The notes under the pieces: model-generated
The model's input: the letters and a program-made list of their open reading frames with translations, nothing else
Told to the model about the DNA's origin: nothing
Databases searched by the model: none
Shown: in pieces, positions 1-14,000 of the stretch
Layout of the letters: each line of letters opens with the position of its first letter
How positions within the stretch are numbered: the first letter of the stretch is position 1
Assembly (NCBI GenBank): GCA_013265495.1
Contig: MU058793.1
Coordinates: forward strand, 374,001-438,000
Direction of reading: 5' to 3'
Origin: Vicugna vicugna
Taxonomy: Eukaryota
DNA: 64,000 bases
Position numbers and translations under genes: made by a program

Positions 1-725
1 AGGTATCACAAATTTATCTCCTCTACCACACTCTAGTCTGAGCTGGCAACTTCTTTCACTTGGAACAGCACCCTCCCAGTTTCTCTGTCTTTCAGCCCAC
101 TCCAACCCTTTCTCTACACAGATAGTGTGATCAAAACAAAGCAGGAAAAATAAACAAGCAAAAGCCGTATGATTACATTGCTGCCTTGTCTAAAATCCTT
201 CAACAGCTTTCCAGTTGCAATTAGATTAAAATGCAAATATTTACCTTGGCTTCGTGGCCCAGTCTAACCTGAAACTTACCTCCTTCCCTGCCCTGACTTC
301 CTTCTGCCTCTCCCTTTGCTCTTAACCCTGCAGCCTCCTTGATTTCCTCGTTGTTCCTCAAGCCCACTGAGCTCATTGCTTCCTTATGGCCTCTCCACCA
401 GCCAGGCTCTCAGGGTAGATTTTTCTCCCTGTTCCTCACCTGGATGGCTCTTCTCAGCTTTCAGATCCCACAGTTTTTGTTTTTGTTTTTGTTTTCAGAG
501 AGATCTTGCTAGACCACCCAGTTGCCAACTCATTGCTCTTTATCTCATTCTCTACATTCCTTCAGAGGAGATGCCATATCTGCACATAATTGTTCATTTG
601 TGTATTGAACGTCCTCCTAACTGGAATGGAAGACCTTTAGGGACAGGGACCTTGTTTGACTTGTTTAGTGCAATACTCCAGATCCTTGCCCTATAGCAAG
701 TTCTCCATAAATACTGGTGGATGAC
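1..725 (+). mobile_element. L2 LINE 3' fragment (ancient)
   Basis: Ends in a degenerate L2 terminus (agggacagggaccttgt...ccataaatactggtggatga). Confidence 0.65.
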
Positions 726-1469
726 GGCACATGCCTCAGACTGCGTGTCCCCACCTTGTCTATGAGGGTATCACAAGAAACCAGGTCAAAGGATGTTAAG
801 ATACACTAATCTATTGCATTCCCGTGAAATACCAGTCTAATCGTCATATTTAAAAAAAGAAGATGAAAGAAATGAAATGAGTTCTGCATAGCTTGTTAGC
901 TCCTGGATCATTGCATTCTTTACTCAGTGCTCACAAACTAGCTATTTAATAATCTATTTTCCTTTATTGGTTTTCTTAAATTACAAAAGCTCATTGAAAG
1001 AAATTCTAATAAGACAGAAGTGTGTTAAAAAAGAAAAATCTATGTCTATCCTCTCCTCCCGTTCTCACTTCCCAGATGTAACCTCTGTTAACAACTTGAT
1101 AAATATCCTTCTTTTTTCTATGCACATACATGTATAGAGAGTTATATACCTACACACGTGTAGTTTTAACGCAAAAACAGGGTATGCATGTGTATGTATT
1201 TTTTTTTCACTTACCATTTAGGGATTTTTCTATGTCCATACAAATGGACCTCCTATATCTTTAATAGAATTCCACTGCATTCACTAACTCATTTATTCAA
1301 AATGCACTCAATTATTTTATGAGGAAAGAAATTAAAGTGTGAGACTATAAACAACAATGGCAAAATATTGATAACTGTTACAGCCTAGTGATGGCATCTG
1401 GATTTTACAATACTAGTCTTTCTAATTTTATGTATATTTGATAGTTTACAAATAATTACATTTATAAGG

Positions 1470-1920
1470 AAATACTTAGCAAACCTCATACTAATGGTGA
1501 CTTATGGAATGCTTTCCTCTGGGATCACACAGAAAATAAGGATGCCTGGTGTCACGACTTCTACTCAACTTTGTAATGAAGCTCCTGAGTACTGTGATAA
1601 GGCAAGAAAATAAAAGGGATAGGGATTTAAAAGGAAGAAATAAAATAGTCACTATTTATGGATGACAATTTCATATAAGAAAAATTCAAAAAATCTACAA
1701 AGCATTAGAATTAATTAGTGAATTTAGCAAGGTGTCTGGTTGCAAGGTTGATAGACAAAATTCAATTGTGTTATTAACTACCAGCAACAAAGAAAAATAC
1801 AATAAAATTTTAAAAATCAACTGAAACCATGGAGTACTTTGGAATGAATCTAATAAAAGATATGTAAGACTCCATGGTGACAACTACATGACACTGATAG
1901 ACATTAAAGATAATCTAAAA
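1470..1920 (+). mobile_element. Ancient L1 ORF2 reverse-transcriptase fragment (L1M-type)
   Basis: Degenerate match to QGCPLSPLLFN...IRQEKEIKGI...KEEIK.SLF.DD...LELI.EFSKVSG.K, with stops and frameshifts. Confidence 0.85.
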
Positions 1921-1939
1921 ACAATGACAATGAATACTT

Positions 1940-2300
1940 TCATGTTGTATGCCAGACACTCTGTTAGATTGTCTACAAACTCTGTTAGACTGTGAGGACA
2001 GGATACAGTGGTAAATAAAAATTAGACAAGTCCTTGTGCTCTTGAGCTTGCAGTCTGGTGGGATAACCAATAATGATTAGATAACCACACAAATTAATGG
2101 CATGTTGCAAATGTGGGAAGGGCTACAGAGGAAGGAATACAATGTTTATGAGAGCTTTAGAGAGGGGATTTGACTCAATCAAAGAAGCAGGGAAAAGTTC
2201 TTAGGTTGAGCTCTAAAGGAAGAAAATGAGTTAAATAAATCAAGAGGGAAGAACATTCCATACAAAATGAACAGCATGTATAAAAACTTTGTGCAAAGAT
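1940..2300 (-). mobile_element. L2 fragment
   Basis: atgccagacactctgttag...gacaagtccttgtgctcttgagcttgcagtctggtgg resembles a reverse-oriented L2 3' end. Confidence 0.6.
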
Positions 2301-2356
2301 CAAATATGAGATGTAATTGAATCAACCATTCTTGGTATTGATGGTTATTTAGGTCA

Positions 2357-2858
2357 TGTGGTAGACTGTCTGCCGAAGAGGCTGCAAAGTTTCCCTTCCC
2401 TTGGGTAGTACCCTATGATATGGATTCTGGGCTAGGCCATGTGACTTGCTTTGGCCAATAGGATGATAGCAAATGTTGACTCAAGTGGAGGCTTTAAGAA
2501 TGTTGTATATTGGGGCTTTCTCTCTCTTGTTGCACTTAGAACCCTGGGACTACCATATGAACAAGCTCAGGCTAGCCTACTGGAGGTTAAGAGATGGCAT
2601 GGAGCAAAGAGTAGCTGCCCCATATGACTAACCAGCCTGCTGACCACCAGACATAGGAGGGAGACCATTGTAGACCATCCGGCTACAAAATGCCAGCTGA
2701 ACATAGACATGAAAAAATCAAAACAGAGTCAAAAGTCAAGTCAGCTGAGACCAGAACCATCCATCTAACTCATAGAATCATGTGCTAAATAAAATGGTTA
2801 TTATTTTAAGCCACTATATTTTAGAGTAGTTGTTAGGCAGCAAAAGCTAACTGATGCA
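2357..2858 (+). mobile_element. MaLR (MLT1-type) solo LTR
   Basis: Starts TGTGGTAG, has internal gtgacttgctttggccaata, and ends ttttaagccact...gcagcaaaagctaactgatgCA. Confidence 0.85.
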
Positions 2859-5487
2859 GGTTGCCTGCAGCTTTATGTTATTACCAGCAGTGCTTTGGGA
2901 CATGTCTTTGCATCTATATCTTGGTGCACCTGCCACAAAGCAAGCTCCTAGTAGTTAGTACTATTATTGTTAAGTTACATTAGGAAGTTGCACAGATGAA
3001 GAAACTGAGACAGAGCTAAATTAAATTGAAATACCACATTCATACATGGGGAAGGAGATATTTGGGATTAGCAGCCAGGTCAAGTCTCAAACCAACATTC
3101 ATTCAAATCCATCATGTTCTTACCTGGTTAGTGGAGAAAAAACAACACATTTTTCAAAGTCAAAAATGTAAAAAAAGTTCAAATTCAGTTTGTTGGGGTG
3201 CCACCAGTCTACATTTTTTTTTAAACTTGTGCCTTTTAATCCTGACAACAAACTTGAGTTTATCAGGCTTTTAGGAAGCCCAATCCAGTGACAAAGCCCA
3301 CTGGGTAGGCTGGCTTGAGTTTCAGTACAGAAATATCACTGACCCCCAGGAAGGAAATGTAGTAGACAAACATTTTCCCTGACCTGATTGGTCTAATAGC
3401 AACCGCAAATCACCAAGGGTTAAATAAAGATTATGAATTCTCTTGAACAGAGGACAGTAAAGCTTATGTTTTTGTCTAGTCTGGAGAATTACAAAAATAT
3501 TATTTTCCTAGAACTTGGAAAGAGAGTTCAGCAGACAATATGAATTTCAGGAAAATATTTTTGCCATTAATTATGTCATAAGCAAAAGAATAAAATAAAC
3601 TGTTTATTATCACATATAAAATGCTTTTGATCAGTCAACTGAAAAACTAATTTCATTTTCTCATTACACTGCCTCAGGCATCCTTTAACGTCAATTTTTA
3701 TTATAGCAAAAGCAAGGAAATTAAAATGATCAGTTATGGTGCAGAGAGAAACATTCGCTTCAGAATTTTTAAAAGTAAGAATAATAAAGCACTGGACCTC
3801 TTTATCATTCATAATAATCGCAATTCATCTGGTGACAGAGGAATCCTGCTCCAAGGGTCTAGAACACCATCCCACCGTGACCCTCTCCTTGAGTCCTTGG
3901 AACTCTCACAGTTGATCAGCACCGAAAGAGATGCCAGGGGCCCTGTTTGTGTATCTCGTAAAGGTTGTGTTGAATTTCCAGCACAATTGGCTCAAAGTTT
4001 CACAGGTGGAACAGGATAGGAGAGGGTTCTATTTTCTTCCAGAGAAACGAAAGAAGAAAACTATGAAGAGAACTGGGGAAGCTGGGGTCTGGTCTCAATC
4101 TTTTGGTCCAGAAGATGATATTATAGAAGAGAAATGATTTGATGGAAAAAAAAAAAGTTAGGAGACACAATTTCCAAACTTGACCCTGCCCCTTGCAAAC
4201 TATGCGATTATGGCCACCATTGTCCTGACTTATCATGGCATTATAAAGCACTAACAAGGTGTGTATGTAAAAGCACTTTGTAAGGAATAATCAAAGCCCA
4301 TTTTACAATGATTGTTGAGATAACAATGCCCTGGCCTGGGGTGGACCTGGGATATGGCTGCTTCTAGTGGAGGACCACAGACTATGCACAGAGCTCTTGC
4401 TTTTTGCCTACAGTGGAGGAAGTTATTCTGGTGCCATGGCGGGTGGCAGATGGGGGTGGAAAAAGGCTTTGGCAGGAGAGTGATGACAGAACCTCTGTCC
4501 CTTCGCCAGCCTAAATGATCTGATTGAGGGCCTCACGGAAAAAGCAATAGGGGAAACCAAAAGAGCCATGACTCCGTGAGACTTGCATGCACATCCTAAT
4601 CCAGGGACTGGATAACAAAGCTGTTCAGGGGTCTTGTCCTCTGACCCACTTCTCCACACACAGTGCAGCATCAGCAGTCAGACGCCTTCACGTTGCAGGA
4701 AACACAGGTGGTGCCGGAAGTCTTGACGAGATGGCAAAGTCAGAAGGAAATGAGGAAACCTGCTCTTCAGTTACACATCGCCTTCCTTGCCGCCCACCCT
4801 CAAACCCGGGCACGTCCTGGAAAGCCCAGGCAGAGTCCCCGTGTTACAACTGCTGTGGCTCGTAAGAGAAACAATTCTTAGCTAAAGCCAAGCAGCCTGT
4901 CCCCTCCAGCCACACACAGGCCTGATGGAGAAGCACTGTCCTCTGTGAGCCAAACAAACACCCCCATTGTCCCAGCAGAGATACATTTTGAGCCTGTAAA
5001 CTCTAAGCAGCTCCACATGTCAGGTAGGAGACAAAACACAAGACCCGACCCTCGAGGATAAGTCAATCTACTAGGGTGTCAAAACTTGGACATGAAATGA
5101 TTTCAAGAGCAAACAGCAGACCATATAAAAGTATGTGGCTCCAGTTACGAAGGATGGACAATGTGGAGTAGGGGGAGGGTATCTTCTCAGAGGAGGACAA
5201 AGCACTCTCCAGTATGTAAGACCTGTAACAGTCTCCTTTATTTGATTTTTGTCCCACTTGCCTCTGAGAGGTGTGTGTTGGTTTTACTCCCAATATAAAG
5301 TCCAAGGAAGGACTTGCTGATAGGTCACTACGTCCAGATGTCCAAATGATATGGCCAGGGAGGTGTCCTTATCTCTCAGCTTTGATTTCCTCAGCACCGG
5401 CTCCATTCTCAGGCACATGCTCCCACGCAATGGGCTATCAGCAGTTCCAAATTACAACTTCTAGCATCAAGTGGAAGAAGTCTTCAG

Positions 5488-6050
5488 AGCAACCCAAGAG
5501 CCCATCAACAGACAATTGGTTTAAGAAGATGTGGTATAAGTATATATAAAATATGGTAAAGGAGTATATGAATATACTCATGGTATAATTAGTAAAATGG
5601 AATATTGCTCACTTATAGTAGAGAATGAAATATTGCCATTTGCAGCAACCTGGACGGACCTAGAGAATATTATGCTTAGTGAAATAACTCAGAGAAAGAC
5701 AAACTATATGATATCACTTATATGGGGAATCTGAAAAAATAATACAAATGATTTATCTGTTTACAAAACAGAAACAGACTCACAGACATAGAAAACAAAC
5801 ATGATTACTAAAAGCGAGAAGGAGGTAGGGAGGGATAAATAAGGAATATGGGATTAACAGAAACAAACTATGATGCGTAAAACAGATAAGCAACAAGTAT
5901 TTACTGTACATCACAGGGAATTATACCCAATATCTTGCAATGGGATTCCTACAATGGAGTGTAATCTACAAAAAAACCGATCGTTATGCTGTACACCTGA
6001 AACTAACACAATACTGTAAGTCAACTAGACTTGAATTAAAAAAGAAAAAA
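5488..6050 (+). mobile_element. 5'-truncated L1 (ORF2 C-terminus, 3'UTR and A-tail), laurasiatherian/cetartiodactyl type
   Basis: QPKSPSTDNWFKKMWY and ILPFAATWTDLENIMLSEI motifs. 3'UTR gggattaacaga...gtacacctgaaactaacacaatactgtaagtcaact, then an A-rich tail. Confidence 0.92.
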
Positions 6051-6769
6051 AGAGAAGTAAGGCTTCTGCTTTCTGATAGTTCTAGAATTGCATCTCTTTG
6101 GCCCTGGATGGACTGGCTTGGGTCAGCTGCTCCTAGGAGCCAGGATAATACAAAATTCTGACTGGCCAGGCTTGGGTCACATAACTTTTCTCGGGGCTGA
6201 GACAAGGCTGGTTTCTCAAGGTAAATAAGATGCCCTTAATGGAAAAGGATGGCATGAAGGCAAAACTCAGCAGAGGGCTCTGTGAGCACCAGCAACGGTG
6301 CATCACCCTTCCCAAGCTCCCATTAGGGCTCGATCTGGAGCAGGGAGGAGATCGAGGGCAGATCCTTGAGCTGCTCAGACCTGCCATGCTCGGCAGGCTC
6401 ACGCAGGGATGGGACATGTACAGAACTTTCCTTTCTCCAGCCAAGATCGCCCAACCTGATGAAAAGGATAATTAATCCAGCTGCCTCCCAGTAATCCAGC
6501 AGCCCATTTGGTAACCATCTGCACTTCTCAATCCACAAGACAGCCCAAATTAAAGAGGCCTGTATTTGTTTTTTTGGAAAATGTTATGATTTTTCAAGTA
6601 AACAGGAGAGACTTTATAAAGCCATGAGATTTATCGAAACTGCAAAACTGTCTGGACTTGATCAAACTGGTTTATGCTGGTTGAAATGTGTGCTCCATTC
6701 TCGCCATTTTATCATCATAAACAACAATTTCTATTTATTTACATAGGACCAGAACTTCTTTTTATGTTT

Positions 6770-6940
6770 TGCACATATTATTTCATTTGATCCACACCAA
6801 ATCCATGTGTGGGTGAGTACTACTGTCAGGCCTGCTTTACAGAGGTGGACACGGGCAACCTGAGTGAGTAAGGGTTTCCAGAACTCAACTTGGTGCCAGG
6901 CCCATGGTGTTTGGAGCCCAGGTCTCCGAATTGAAAACCC
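6770..6940 (-). mobile_element. MIR SINE fragment
   Basis: Degenerate reverse MIR core (tatttcatttgatcc...tttacagaggtggacac). Confidence 0.55.
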
Positions 6941-9299
6941 ATGTTTGTTCTGGTGTAGTCTGCTGTGCCTTGTAACACCACTCACGTACCCTCTGGCCTC
7001 ATTCGTCACCAGCGCAATATTAAAAAGAAGGAGTAAATGAAAGAAACATTTGTTCATTATCCACACTTGGGATTTGTGCTACTTCGAATCTTGACAGCCA
7101 AGATCATCATTATATTTCATTGTAATCAATTAGCGAATTTAATGCTTCTATGGAAACAAACAAACAAACAAAAAAACAAATACTGTCCTAAACACTCTGG
7201 TAAGATACACAGAAGAATACAGAGTATCAGTAATCCTCAAAAAGCTTGATGCCTACTTGTGGACCCAAGACAAACTTAAGAAAAAAATATATGATTTTGA
7301 TATGTCTAATCCATGGAAAAAAATATATATGATTTTGTAAATTTTATAAAAATTTAGATAGATAAATGAGTTTGAGACTAAATAAATGAAACGACGGCCC
7401 TACACAACCTAGGAGAATAACTCCACACAAATTGTACAGAGGACAGATGAAGAACAAGTTCAAGGGGAAAAAATATAGCATCTCAAAAAGTCACCCTTTA
7501 AAGGCCCTTCTTGGCAAATCAGACCTATTAAATGAGAGCGAATCACTCGACATTCAGGGTTTTCCCCAAGACCAGGTCAAGACTTGGGTTCTCCAAGCAG
7601 TGTCACAAACCCTGTCCCTTAGGCTGTTTATGAACAATTAGACATTATTTTTGAAGCAATTAGTTAATAGCATACTGGATCTGTTCTCAAATCTGGAAGT
7701 GCATGGACTTGTCTTGTCTTTGTTAGTTATTCATAAGCCTTGGGAAGACATAACCCTTGTTTTCTACCTTTTCTTTCCCTCCTTGCCATGCCTAGCAAGA
7801 GTCTGGATCCACAGCAAAAGCTAAATTCTATCAAAATGGTATTGAAATCAATCTAATTTAGCTAATGAGCTCTAAGTACAGTGTTTAGGGAAAACATTCC
7901 CTGAGAGGCTGGCAGAGCTCAGAGCTAGGTGGGGACCTAGAGCAAAAGAGAAAGCATCTCCTAAATTCAGCTACTTCCAGTAGCCTGGGTCTCACTTGCT
8001 CTCACCTTGAGTTTTCCACTTAGCACCCGCTGGATCATCTTAAAAGAAAGGGAGAGATGAGTGGCTTGGTTGACTGGAGGCTTACTCCAGACCCTTGGGG
8101 TGGGGAGACATCTTTAATCTCAGTGGCCCCTTCCCTACCCTTAGAGGCCTTTCCTTCCTGGTCATTTGAACCAAGAAGGGACCTATTTCCCATGGACAGG
8201 AAATTCAAACAGATTTGAGCACCGAGGGCTACAGGAAGATGCACCTGAATAGTGCACAGAATAAATAAAATAATTGGAATCATTTTATTAAATTCCATGC
8301 TTCAAAAATGAGGGTTTTTTTCCCTCCTCCTCTACCCTGTTAAATGCTCCCACTTGTGCTTGTAAGATCTGTGCTGAAACTGCCTTAATAAATTACATCT
8401 CTTCCGAGCAATGAGTTGATCCAGCCTTGTTCGGTACGTCTGTTATAACACATCACAGCCTCCCGTAATTACTCTTTTATTTAATTCTACACATTCTGAT
8501 TAGCGGCGTCAGTTCCAGGCAAGCACGAGGAGTGTGGTAAGTGCCCTTCATTCAAAAAGAGTTCTTCAGAACAGTGTGAAGTGAAATTAAAGTAATTATT
8601 AAGTCATAGAAACTCAACGCAATCCCACCATCGGCAGAAGGGCTGGCAAATAGGCCGTCGCGGTGAGAAGCGCTGGAGGTTTCTTTCAGCAATAATTCCT
8701 GGTCTCTGGGTTCTTGGCAATGACACGGAGTGAGTGAAGAGGCAGGAAAACAGAGCTGATGATGGCTTTAAGATTTTAAAAGACTGTCATGAAATATAAT
8801 AATGCCTGCTCCCAAACGCTGATGGAAACCAGAGAAGCGGCTGTCTTCGAGATAGAGGAGTGACGTGTGTGAGGCTGTGGCCAGACCAGCCTGTCTTCTT
8901 CTGCTCTTCTCTTTAGTTCTCATGAATATTCTGCGGGCCGAGAAGCTTTCAGTATAGAAGAGACAATTAAATTCAAGCTCTTCTCCATTGTATCTCTTGC
9001 ACCAGAATGAGTAGTGGGGCAGAGGGCAATAGACTGAAATTAGATTGTAGCCGAACACGTGTACTGACCTTTTCTCAGAGCAGATCTATTTACTTTATGC
9101 TGCAGCTCAACTTGTAGGAACTGATGTACTCCTAGCTGGAGTAAAGGTTAAGAAATATGTGCATCTTAATTCATTTGGATCTCTGCTCTGCTCTAGTCTT
9201 CTGCTCACCATGTAGACGAACATGTACGGGCTTCAGTGAAACTGAGGAGGCAAAACTGTTTTGAAATTAGACCTAGGTTGGTTCCTCTATTGTCCAGCA

Positions 9300-9460
9300 C
9301 AGTGATTCTCAAAGTGGGGTCTTCGGAGGCAGGGTTGGTATCACCTGGGGTCTTGTCATAAATGCAAATTTTGAGACCTCATGCCAAACCTACGGAGTCA
9401 GAAGCGCTGTAATTTGACAGGTGCTCCCGGGGATTTTGATGCACATTATTGTTTGAGGAC
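9300..9460. mobile_element. MER5A-type hAT-Charlie MITE, followed by (TG)n at 9461-9482
   Basis: cagtgattctcaaagtgggg...atcacctgggg...aaatgcaaattt...gattttgatgcaca. Confidence 0.8.
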
Positions 9461-10515
9461 TGTGTGTGTGTGTGTGTGTGTGCATGTTAACCCCCCGAGT
9501 GGTTTTAATGTGCAGCCACTTATGTAGTTCACTGTTTCCTAAAATGTGGAATGAAGCAGGTAACACACAAATATTAGAGATAAGTCACTTTGGGCGGTCT
9601 GGAGGATGTAACTTCAAATGGCACTGGAATGCAATTATAAATAATATTTAATCTCTTGGCCAGAAAGTTAATCCTTTTCAACTCTTCTCAGTACTCCAGA
9701 AGATTCAGTTTGGTATTAACAGTCTTTCTAATATCTCTCTAACATTTGATAATCTCTGTTTTAAATAAAGACAGATCAGGACCTGGGCTCAGAATCTTTA
9801 GCGTGCAGTAGTAGCTGGGAGAATATGATTAATATCATTACATTTTATTTGGCTTATCCTTATAGCTTGCTTTCTATGCATCAGAAATGATACCAATTTT
9901 TATTGTGAATGTAAGTTTTCCTTTTCAATTAATTTTTTCCTGAAAGGAGAGTAAACCAATTTAAAAAGAAATACTAAGTGAATCATTCAAATAATAGAGT
10001 AAAATGACTGTCAGGAACTCGCTCACAGGACAGGGAGGGCAGGCAGTTTTCAGGGCCACACTCCGTCAGTACAGATAAAGCCTAATTTCCAACACCAGCT
10101 CAGCCTGTATCTCCAGGCCCTGACTTTCCGAAAGATGACCTGAAGCCTGAGACATTTGCCATCAGTAAGGAAAAATTCCATTCTGGTTACCACATAATTT
10201 ACTAAGATAGAAAAGTGACTCATAGATTTCAGAACAATTGCTAATCAAAAGGGTTCTGAATTACCCAGAAAATAAAAGTATCAACAAGAACCAGTTGCTC
10301 AAAATTCAGGTTAATTGAATTCGGGTTGGTCTTGAAAAAAAATTTGCATTTTCTAGTTTTTATAAAGGCAACAGGTTTTTTAATACAGCATCTGGAAAGA
10401 AAAAAAAAAACAGAACAAGGAAAAATATCATGTCATCTAAACTTATAGCCTGAAAAGGGACTCAAGATTTTGGTCTATTTCCTTCCAGTTTTTTTTTTCT
10501 CCATGAAGTTGCACT

Positions 10516-10524
10516 ATATATGTG

Positions 10525-10567
<43 letters not shown>
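10516..10567. repeat. (TA)n / (TG) microsatellite
   Basis: Directly visible. Confidence 0.95.
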
Positions 10568-10572
<5 letters not shown>

Positions 10573-10699
10573 TCTGTAAATGATAATGTAACTTTTTCTT
10601 TTCTATTTTAATGAAGATTTTATTGCATGGATAATAAAAGAATAAATAAATGCCTGTATAATAAGGATTTCTATGTCAATATTTCCCATATGAAAAGTA

Positions 10700-11100
10700 T
10701 ATCTCTTAGGTTGCTTTTGGCTGAAAATAGTAGAAAACCTATCTCAAACTGGCTGAAACAAAAAAGACATTGATCATGTCACAGAACAGAAAGCCCAAAG
10801 GAGAGCAGGCTGCAGGATTTTGACATCAAGGATCCAGGGTCTTGTATCTTGCTAGTGTGGGCTCCCATCCTCAGACTGGTAGTAAAAGCTTTCAACAGTT
10901 CTAGGTATCAGGGCCAGCTTCCCAAGGAGGAAGAAAACAGTCTCTCCCCCTTTAGACCTTCCTTATGAAAAAAAAACTTTCTGCAGAAATTCCTCCGACA
11001 AACTTCTCACCTCTCTTGAGGTGGAGGTGGCTCTCACGCCCACTTCCGGCCCAGTCACTCACTGGTCTGGGAGAAGGGCTCACCCTGGATGGCTCACACT
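10700..11100 (-). mobile_element. Old MaLR (MLT1J/K-like) LTR, reverse orientation
   Basis: ttaggttgcttttggctgaaaatagtagaaaacctatctcaaactggctgaaacaaaaaag matches the reverse LTR terminus pattern. Confidence 0.55.
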
Positions 11101-11599
11101 AAGCTTCTAGGGAGAAATGCATGCTACTAAGTCCACCTCCTTTCCCTTCACAGAAGGAAAACAGGTAGGGAGGCCTTTTGAGTCTCTTGCCACAGCAAAC
11201 AGCATGGTGCAATGTTTAAAGAAGGTATCTAGCCTCCGTCAACGGCTAATTGCTTTTACATGGCGCGTAAAATCTAACTAGCCTCTAGATCACTTCTAGT
11301 CCCTCTATATTTCGGTCCAGTCTGTTTCTCTAGCTTTATTTACTCACCATTTCCAAGATATTTTTATGTTCTAATCAATCTCTGTTCTCCCTTCTTCCGT
11401 GAACACAGCATTTTCTTCCTGGATAATGTTCTTCTAATCAAGTTTTACTCCCACTGCCACTCCACAACCAACCCACTATACTTATTTATATTTATAGAAC
11501 ACCTCTTAGTTGAACATAATTTCCCCTGTACACGTGTTGATTTACCTCCTACTGCCATGTCTCACGTCTGTCTATCCAACATCTACTCCCCCATGTGTC

Positions 11600-12080
11600 T
11601 TGCTGACGGCACCCTAAATTTCCATGGAGAAACACTCCTCCATCCACAGGACTCTAATCTCTGCTTAACAGAGAATAAGGACCAGAAAGCCACAATGACT
11701 ACTTCAAAGAGGAACACTTGACCCAATCAGAGTGCCTTGGGCTGAGTCCCAGGGTGTTTAGAATTGTTTAGAAGAAGGGAATTTGCTTTTTGTTGGGACT
11801 GTTGATGAGATTTAAATCTGGAAATGCTAGCAGACATCTTGCTACCAAAGAGACAGCCTGTCTGGGAATGAAGCCAACATAAGATAAAGCAGATGTAAAT
11901 CAAGAGATGGAGAAGATGAGACTAATCTTGGAGAATACCACTGGACACCCAGGATCAAGCCATGCCTAAACACAGTACCACCTCTGGGCTTACAGCTGAG
12001 AACCAAACCATTCCCTGTTTTACTTATGCCAGTTTGAATTTGATTTCATCACTTACAACCAAGACAACCATGGCTAATAT
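11600..12080 (+). mobile_element. Old MaLR (MLT1J/K-like) LTR
   Basis: ccaatcagag...gaatgaagccaaca...caagccatgcct...gccagtttgaatttgatttcatcacttacaacc. Confidence 0.65.
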
Positions 12081-13529
12081 GGCTCCTCTTTCATCATTCG
12101 AACAGCTCATCCTTAAAGGCGTAGTCCAAGTGTAATGCCACCTCCTCCAAAAATTCTTCATTCACTCTAAGTGTCACTTTTCTCTCTCTTCTGAACACAT
12201 AGCACCCAACCCACAAACAGTTTCAGCTGTTTGTGGCCTATTGTGCCTTTTTCAAAAAATGAGTTTTAACCCTAAGTAAAATATTGCAGGCAAAGGCCAT
12301 GTTTCATTGGGCTTTTGTATTCATGTCAGGACTTGACATAAAGCTTAGCGCAGTAGAGACTCCCTAATTTACTGTATGACAGTTACCAAAAAAAGAGCTA
12401 TAGATGCCTACTGTGCATAGGGTACTTGAGAAGGGACCAAGATGCTACTGGACTTTCCAAATGGTCTTCTATGTTTTCATGTTGCTAATGGTCTCCTTTT
12501 ATATTCCTTGTGATAGAAAAGAATTCTCAAAGTGATTTCATGGAAATAGTCTAAGAGACTGGGTGATATCATTGAGGAGAAGTAGACAGAGTGTCACTTC
12601 ATACAAAAAAATCCCTTATCTTTCATTATTTCAGTCCTGGCTTTTCCTCCTTCTGGGTTTGCTTTCTAAATCTTTCTTTTCCATATTTTTGGGACTCTGC
12701 TGAAGTGGAATTTCATGCTTCAAGAAGAGAGTTGATGAATCATGGAAAGGGTAATTGACAAAGAATTGGCATGTTTTTCACTCTTCTTTTTTTCTGCGTC
12801 AGCTGAATAAGATTAGTGTCTTACATGGATTATTTTTTCAATAATAGGGAAGGCTATGTTGGCAACAAAAATTGCAAAACAGCAACAACATAAGCTTGCC
12901 TAACCATCCAGTGGAAGAGAATTTTCAACTAGAAAACCACTCTTGGTCCAGCACACCAAGGACCTGAGTAACAATTACAATGGAAATCATTAAACATTCG
13001 CTTTTTGTCCCATGGAGAAACTTGATCCTCTAGGATTCTTAGAGGGAAAAGCAGAAACATTAGGGGGAAGACCTTACGATAATAACCTTTCTATAAAGCT
13101 TGGATGGCACACATGATTTTGTGAGACATTCAAGTCACATGTCATTAATCAGAAATGACAGTCTTTATTCACATATATTTGACTGAAGCTGCATAATTTT
13201 AGACTCCAATAGGTCTAGATAAATGACCCTAAGTATTATACTTTTTCAAATTGACAATGATTGATGATGGAGGGGAGAAAAAAACAAATGTTGAAAAGGG
13301 ACACTGAAGTAAACATTGAAAATCAGTCACACTACTTTGGGGGAAAAAAGTTTGGGGATTTTCTTCAAGACTTTTCCTCTTTCTTAGCATCTCTAACTGT
13401 TTAATTTTCACTTTAATCATTTATGCATTGCCAAACACTCCATATTACAAGTCAAATCTCAATGAAACAAACTGTGACTGATTTAGTTATGTTTTTTCAA
13501 ATAGGAAGGGAAGATAATGACTGATAAAA

Positions 13530-14000
13530 ATTCATCCACTCAACAAATATTTCCTGGGCCCATTATGTGTCAGGTGCTATTCTACATACTAGGGCTTCAG
13601 CAGAAACTGAGACAGATGTAGTTTTAGTTCTTTGGGAGCTCAACATTTTATTGGAGAGAGACAGGCAACATCCAAGTAAACAAATAAACAGATCATTTCA
13701 GAGAGTGCTAAGTTGCATAAAGAAAATAAAACAGAGTGATTTAATAGAAAGTGATGTGGCATGAGGCAATAACATTTTGGCTGAATAGGAGCCAACTTTT
13801 CAAAGAGCATATTATGCAGAGGGAGTAACAAGTGCAAAGGCCCTGAGGCAGGGACAAGCTTAGCACATGGGAAGACTAAAAGGGCTGGGGGGCAGCACTG
13901 CCCCTTCAGTGAGGAAGGTGAAAATGGTAGTAACTCAGAGGGAGAGGTAGTCAAGGTCCAGATTATATAAAGCCTTTCAGGTCATTGTAAGAATCTGAGG
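13530..14000 (-). mobile_element. L2 3' fragment
   Basis: ttcatccactcaacaaatatttcctgggcccattatgtgtcaggtgct...aagtgcaaaggccctgaggcaggga. Confidence 0.8.

Noticed and set aside
6133..6538. Overlapping short ORFs in a GC-richer patch
   Set aside because: No recognisable protein similarity, splice structure or retrocopy hallmarks.
7280..7338. Imperfect duplication of GAAAAAAATATATGATTTTG
   Set aside because: Low-complexity local duplication with no sign of function.
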